Assembly (NCBI GenBank): GCA_947629225.1
Contig: CANRCY010000001.1
Location: 1 to 38,598, forward strand
Source: an uncultured Clostridia bacterium
Lineage (GTDB): Bacteria; Bacillota; Clostridia; Christensenellales; Borkfalkiaceae
Reading direction: 5' to 3'
DNA length: 38,598 nucleotides
This document shows, piece by piece, positions 38,101 through 38,598 of the stretch. The translations under genes and the position numbers were made by a program. A model generated the notes under the pieces. That model had not been told where the DNA came from. It saw only the letters and a list, made by a program, of their open reading frames with translations, and searched no databases. Position 1 is the first letter of the stretch, and each line of letters starts with the position of its first letter.

Positions 38101-38313
38101 TTTGTTGTTGCGGAAGGCGGCGACCAGAAGGCAAGCGTGAACTTTGCAGACGCGACCGTTGCGGCGGCTTTCGGAATCAACTCCGCTGCCGATTTGATCA
38201 AGGCAGACACTGATACGAAGACCCAGAACGTGTTCGTTATTGGTACCGGTGCTCTTGAAATCAGCGTTAAGATCGGAACGGCAGACCCGACCGTGTTCAA
38301 AGCTGAGGCATAA
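29125..38313 (+). CDS. giant predicted lipoprotein, 3,062 aa, with Cys/His modules and three beta-helix-like units; function unknown
   Basis: This is a single uninterrupted ORF with AGGAG 7 nt upstream of the ATG. The signal peptide MERQSTSKLYRALIAVVAFFVLCTSAILFASC has a lipobox-like FASC. The strong terminator at 38399-38445 follows it. The protein sequence is non-degenerate and motif-rich, unlike the antisense shadow ORFs. Confidence 0.9.
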   Translation: MERQSTSKLYRALIAVVAFFVLCTSAILFASCGTNPLECEHTYGPGDVKEVRVADCGNDGTVTYECSKCGALVTVTVTLATGEHEIVNGRCKKCGATGTEGSLTLADLKADLTSILTALNTVAGKADVDKVASSVVEALKNPDTTIPNLWKLLTDIRDNIAELDFGDIEIIDDGETTTLGAVIASLYKQVNKLYVDLTDEGKNTDGLYDLLVGVGGTGTQEHVHNWVLELKDPDSYSCTEPNIYVWGCSFCTATKGEEVTVMATGHATEFETGKTAAGHHYDATCISPARVEGYCHNCGEWTGEWTTQGQPTYQHHYVLETGTDADGETGAKGSCTSVHKNVYHCETCGGAYVEETTGSSNGQHNYYYVANEDGTNKQPMEDKDKIAVWNKAHPDDTITDLSELTVSEEQELNELLKEGRLEDGRVYALNVVYYSAPNCVDPALIVVECMECGVRYAYTFGQPDGHHFILVHEEDAATCTMDGVKEYFYCDHCGYFFFLDGINNGDLVEISTGTFAGHKEFPATANLGSKEYTRNYMTDLDGKVINDKTNKALENQAAYDVATDGAPALGHDYVVVYTNNRKCVTAQDYILVCQRKGCLAHDGTTEFSSLVKVEGETKATDSTALFYQAVKNGPYFLKGLTGDNTKSVLDVLLATVNETADDTADTTSDLTKEWEAIKDGERADVFIWLAEHGYLVRDSLDDEVFGSISIDDTKKWYDAETGKLTDDAKTAIDEYLAKLDALQEGEYDGEYDLAKLYNGYSKAETGTTTKTKVASNVLVGFELPVTGHAFNDYFVTVVGGCTLYERHVRFCAVCGQYTATPSETTGVWPYVVSGDTDASLLKGGDNDLEASWKAVLEAAEKADPLESPMMVINWLAKYGYLNDYRDCAVTTPIDGQEMYRIGTRVMDIIGAKDEEDDDFDALEYLTGFYGKNVLPEFKVDVKFGKRDTMEDEELPVYVADDKPVVLGHTFDAVTLLSEEVCDAPGRYVYVCSKCGDPLNTSKGTLKYMSGSATVDTGLKLVEDPIFKSEEYILKASAQASRLAQATDKLDKSDLQRLYEDVENVGDNMFDWLLEHGYLNNVIDTYYTVGYTDAQKALHGGWLADNIKKAGDDTNAIEGSIQEWYNTARANFYDENGALKEAAVTEHKEYLKALALKLLDGENPDITDYYEKSSNTYRTNPEDPKTEVKDLPANKTIDDAATEVPMSGHLYAYEDGTRINLSENGDGICTDFRSKEVLEKYYAKNVMIYWVEPALVNGAFKANPNYDKNSDDVKKWAPYATADGKPAGWVVLTDKEGNPVEFDPADLDPDFVAQVAEFGIVGACMRENCPYHTKYDKAAHTYDKKDAKANGFTAGYLAATDHVKVYEKYAVDGNTKLPIESRVDTIGGKKVYYNYKKVEEYMVVESAKYFAEGVGGTGTNYERWTAIASKAGLDKTDETRTDETEKANYKILYDAATAARNDDLHNLYTLQWIWNTLFVPADWLTPEDKDTAATRQAMYPTLPIKDETGKVLTTMRKQVLRLQTLFQQAGVRYLWREIEGRPGEYVSAWRPLTDSFMPSCWVSLRCKWYRSTSDHKCTYIDPTVNHDWPYYGEFDYDTHAANCKHPDLCNTCGKEMGRFGDHKLIQVDPGKDNALNSQSMKAAWIEVLKHYKEIDWLKDIIWVDEANLSVNNWSTCWKILADTCYEGETVEGVANVGKEDGHKIYVCSGELEVIYNEIVNPIEQAAQTWEQVVGEGLDVEWDVASAADAKDGNYFVATIDNEKHNFVTRYYALRDFKLNGVEYKKDQLLAANEDEWNEKFAFSEFVCQGGYYTLDVCTHIKRDTAHIAEGEGACKPGCEHECGKVEEGSRRDYPAAGHFLAPVENYWTYAERYTPASAEHNASMIQVCVICGVRTQSREYGVTDDGQDHEQYNIATKTMIDRWNEHVEAYNKKVDESLGDLEEGEDPVYLYKAQLPLSKDLKGTSSSGEFEAGGKIFGDGLNVYQESANLTLKGQGVVGETFDSEATVLVAEGKELSFTGTSSDLKLHGTVNFVGEGEGATVDFSALGGMLKDSNSIHLVFENMTVIMNDESTSGDTRIAVDYRGSTYTFKNSTIISKTIPFGFNATKNLSGNKIFIEDSVFISTDGEGFAIWDPELTVEASNSAFFGKNAGAFIRAGKATFEDCEFYTEAGQKGDAWGDGSDTNVSAGIIIGNCEDKKATDYGNAEVVLHGCKFGTTTAANMENWGTEAFTAEACTAADPAIAAFSSSLNETKVTLDKASLLNADKIAPTPGFKMVEGEKVSTLKMIYPETIAATDLGKTAGEQAQNAAKLVESLVGAGGEIKLPKVDKTGTVDTVIDLTGSVDVAEGVETTVDLGGNVVQLAEGSTSNHVVGSLKLTNGTVTGGMDDARFSDFEVTGSLELDGITATFDKGGIAAFGANAQIVIKNSHIIGGTQVIATNNAKTQGKSITIENSTVIATAKYGCALLVNQAGVTVTAKNTTFFGIDTAVWVRAGVATFDGCTFVSGGWRVGDTAWGEGAQMKNLAYAALAVGEGEGMDYGDATVTVTGDTKVVRGWNNSLDKTYAPDSDNTVAWTDAGEITYVKNNGEAQANALSKRFTVATNTHNVTVTFGSKAIADLFMAPTDIFVGKAATAETKYTVAGLVEGETEFGDLSKITVRYRDGGTDTAPEYKPVGAGALTLAKSEVASKAPDALKNAAENGGKIELPAPAKAADAKTVTIDAAVLQTPEAKEGDDPVKLEVNLNGNNLTINGDGEHSDILANKGTEIVIDGGNGVLDLKGTKGANGADGIGSKLTIKNTVVKTASAIQGQNGAVIVLENTTVLSKAKYGVSTNNTLASPDVTYTITNSKIASYETGNIGLLINNDKVTLNATDSEFYGLCTGAWVRSGVANFTNCTFISGSSFTGGATWGSGTKCPDAAKAALLVGDGEGVYGNATVTLNAGCKAICSFEYDATSSNVDAAIDSSEKSYVKFDATKNWFEFTPYTGTAQHKQFVVAEGGDQKASVNFADATVAAAFGINSAADLIKADTDTKTQNVFVIGTGALEISVKIGTADPTVFKAEA

Positions 38314-38328
38314 GTAACACAAACAAAA

Positions 38329-38355
38329 CTTCACGCGGCGGAACGCCGCGTGAAG
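38329..38355 (+). other. perfect 12-bp hairpin immediately after the giant-gene stop
   Basis: cttcacgcggcg-gaa-cgccgcgtgaag. No U-tail follows. Confidence 0.6.
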
Positions 38356-38398
38356 GGAACAAGCTAACTACAATCTGGTTGATTGATAGTCCAATAGC

Positions 38399-38445
38399 AA
38401 GGAACTTCCCGAGGGGCAACCCTCGGGAAGTTCCTTTTGTTTGGG
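38399..38445 (+). terminator. strong intrinsic terminator of the giant gene
   Basis: aaggaacttcccgaggg-gcaa-ccctcgggaagttcctt is a perfect 17-bp stem with a tetraloop, followed by ttgttt. Confidence 0.85.
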
Positions 38446-38453
38446 AGCGTTTT

Positions 38454-38598
38454 GTCATTTCGAGTGGAGCGAAGCGGAATCGAGAAATCTCCATAATAAG
38501 GTAGAGATGTCTCGACTGCGGTCGACATGACGCGCGTTCGGGTGCGTTTTTTAACGTACTTGGACGTAGCAAGATTCCCTCGGAGAGTTACTATTCGG
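38454..38598. repeat. hairpin-repeat modules and the right copy of the flanking direct repeat (truncated by the window end)
   Basis: gtcatttcgag-tggagcgaagcggaat-cgagaaatctc (38454-38491) is the inverted orientation of the array unit arms. ataaggtagagatgtctcgactgcggtcgacatgac ends at 38531. aacgtacttggacgtagcaagattccctcggagagttactattcgg occupies 38553-38598. Confidence 0.8.

Overview
This is a high-GC chromosomal segment (about 58-65% GC in spot counts of housekeeping lines) that looks like Bacillota/Clostridia and lies around dnaA. I support 25 protein genes, 23 of them on the + strand.

Gene content, left to right:
- A hypothetical Cys-containing protein.
- mnmG and dnaA on the - strand, diverging from recF.
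- A PHP phosphoesterase, a VanW-like protein and rplS.
- A PMT/ArnT-like membrane protein.
- comM-dprA-topA-trmFO-hslV-hslU. This is the classic Firmicute block, here without xerC/codV and codY.
- hisS-trxA and a small lipoprotein.
- An FMN riboswitch followed by ribU.
- tsaE-tsaB-rimI, an alpha/beta hydrolase, a membrane-anchored MurF-like ligase and ddl.
- At the right end, one 9.2-kb gene (29125-38313) encoding a 3,062-aa predicted lipoprotein.

The giant gene is the most unusual object in the window.
- It has at least 9 regularly spaced H...C-x9-C-x2-C-G modules, three ~190-aa modules carrying a WLxEHGYL motif, and three diverged ~350-aa beta-helix-like units.
- Its composition is lower in GC than the flanking genes.
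- It has a perfect consensus sigma-70 promoter, a ~290-nt leader and a strong terminator.
- Imperfect direct repeats lie on both flanks.

The second theme is a modular family of short hairpin-forming (REP/MITE-like) repeats that fills almost every longer intergenic spacer. It forms a 5 x 44-bp tandem array between dnaA and mnmG. One copy sits in frame inside mnmG.

I recognised no rRNA, tRNA, CRISPR array, transposase or integrase. All family calls come from by-eye motif recognition. Hairpin and repeat coordinates were counted by hand and may be off by 1-2 nt.
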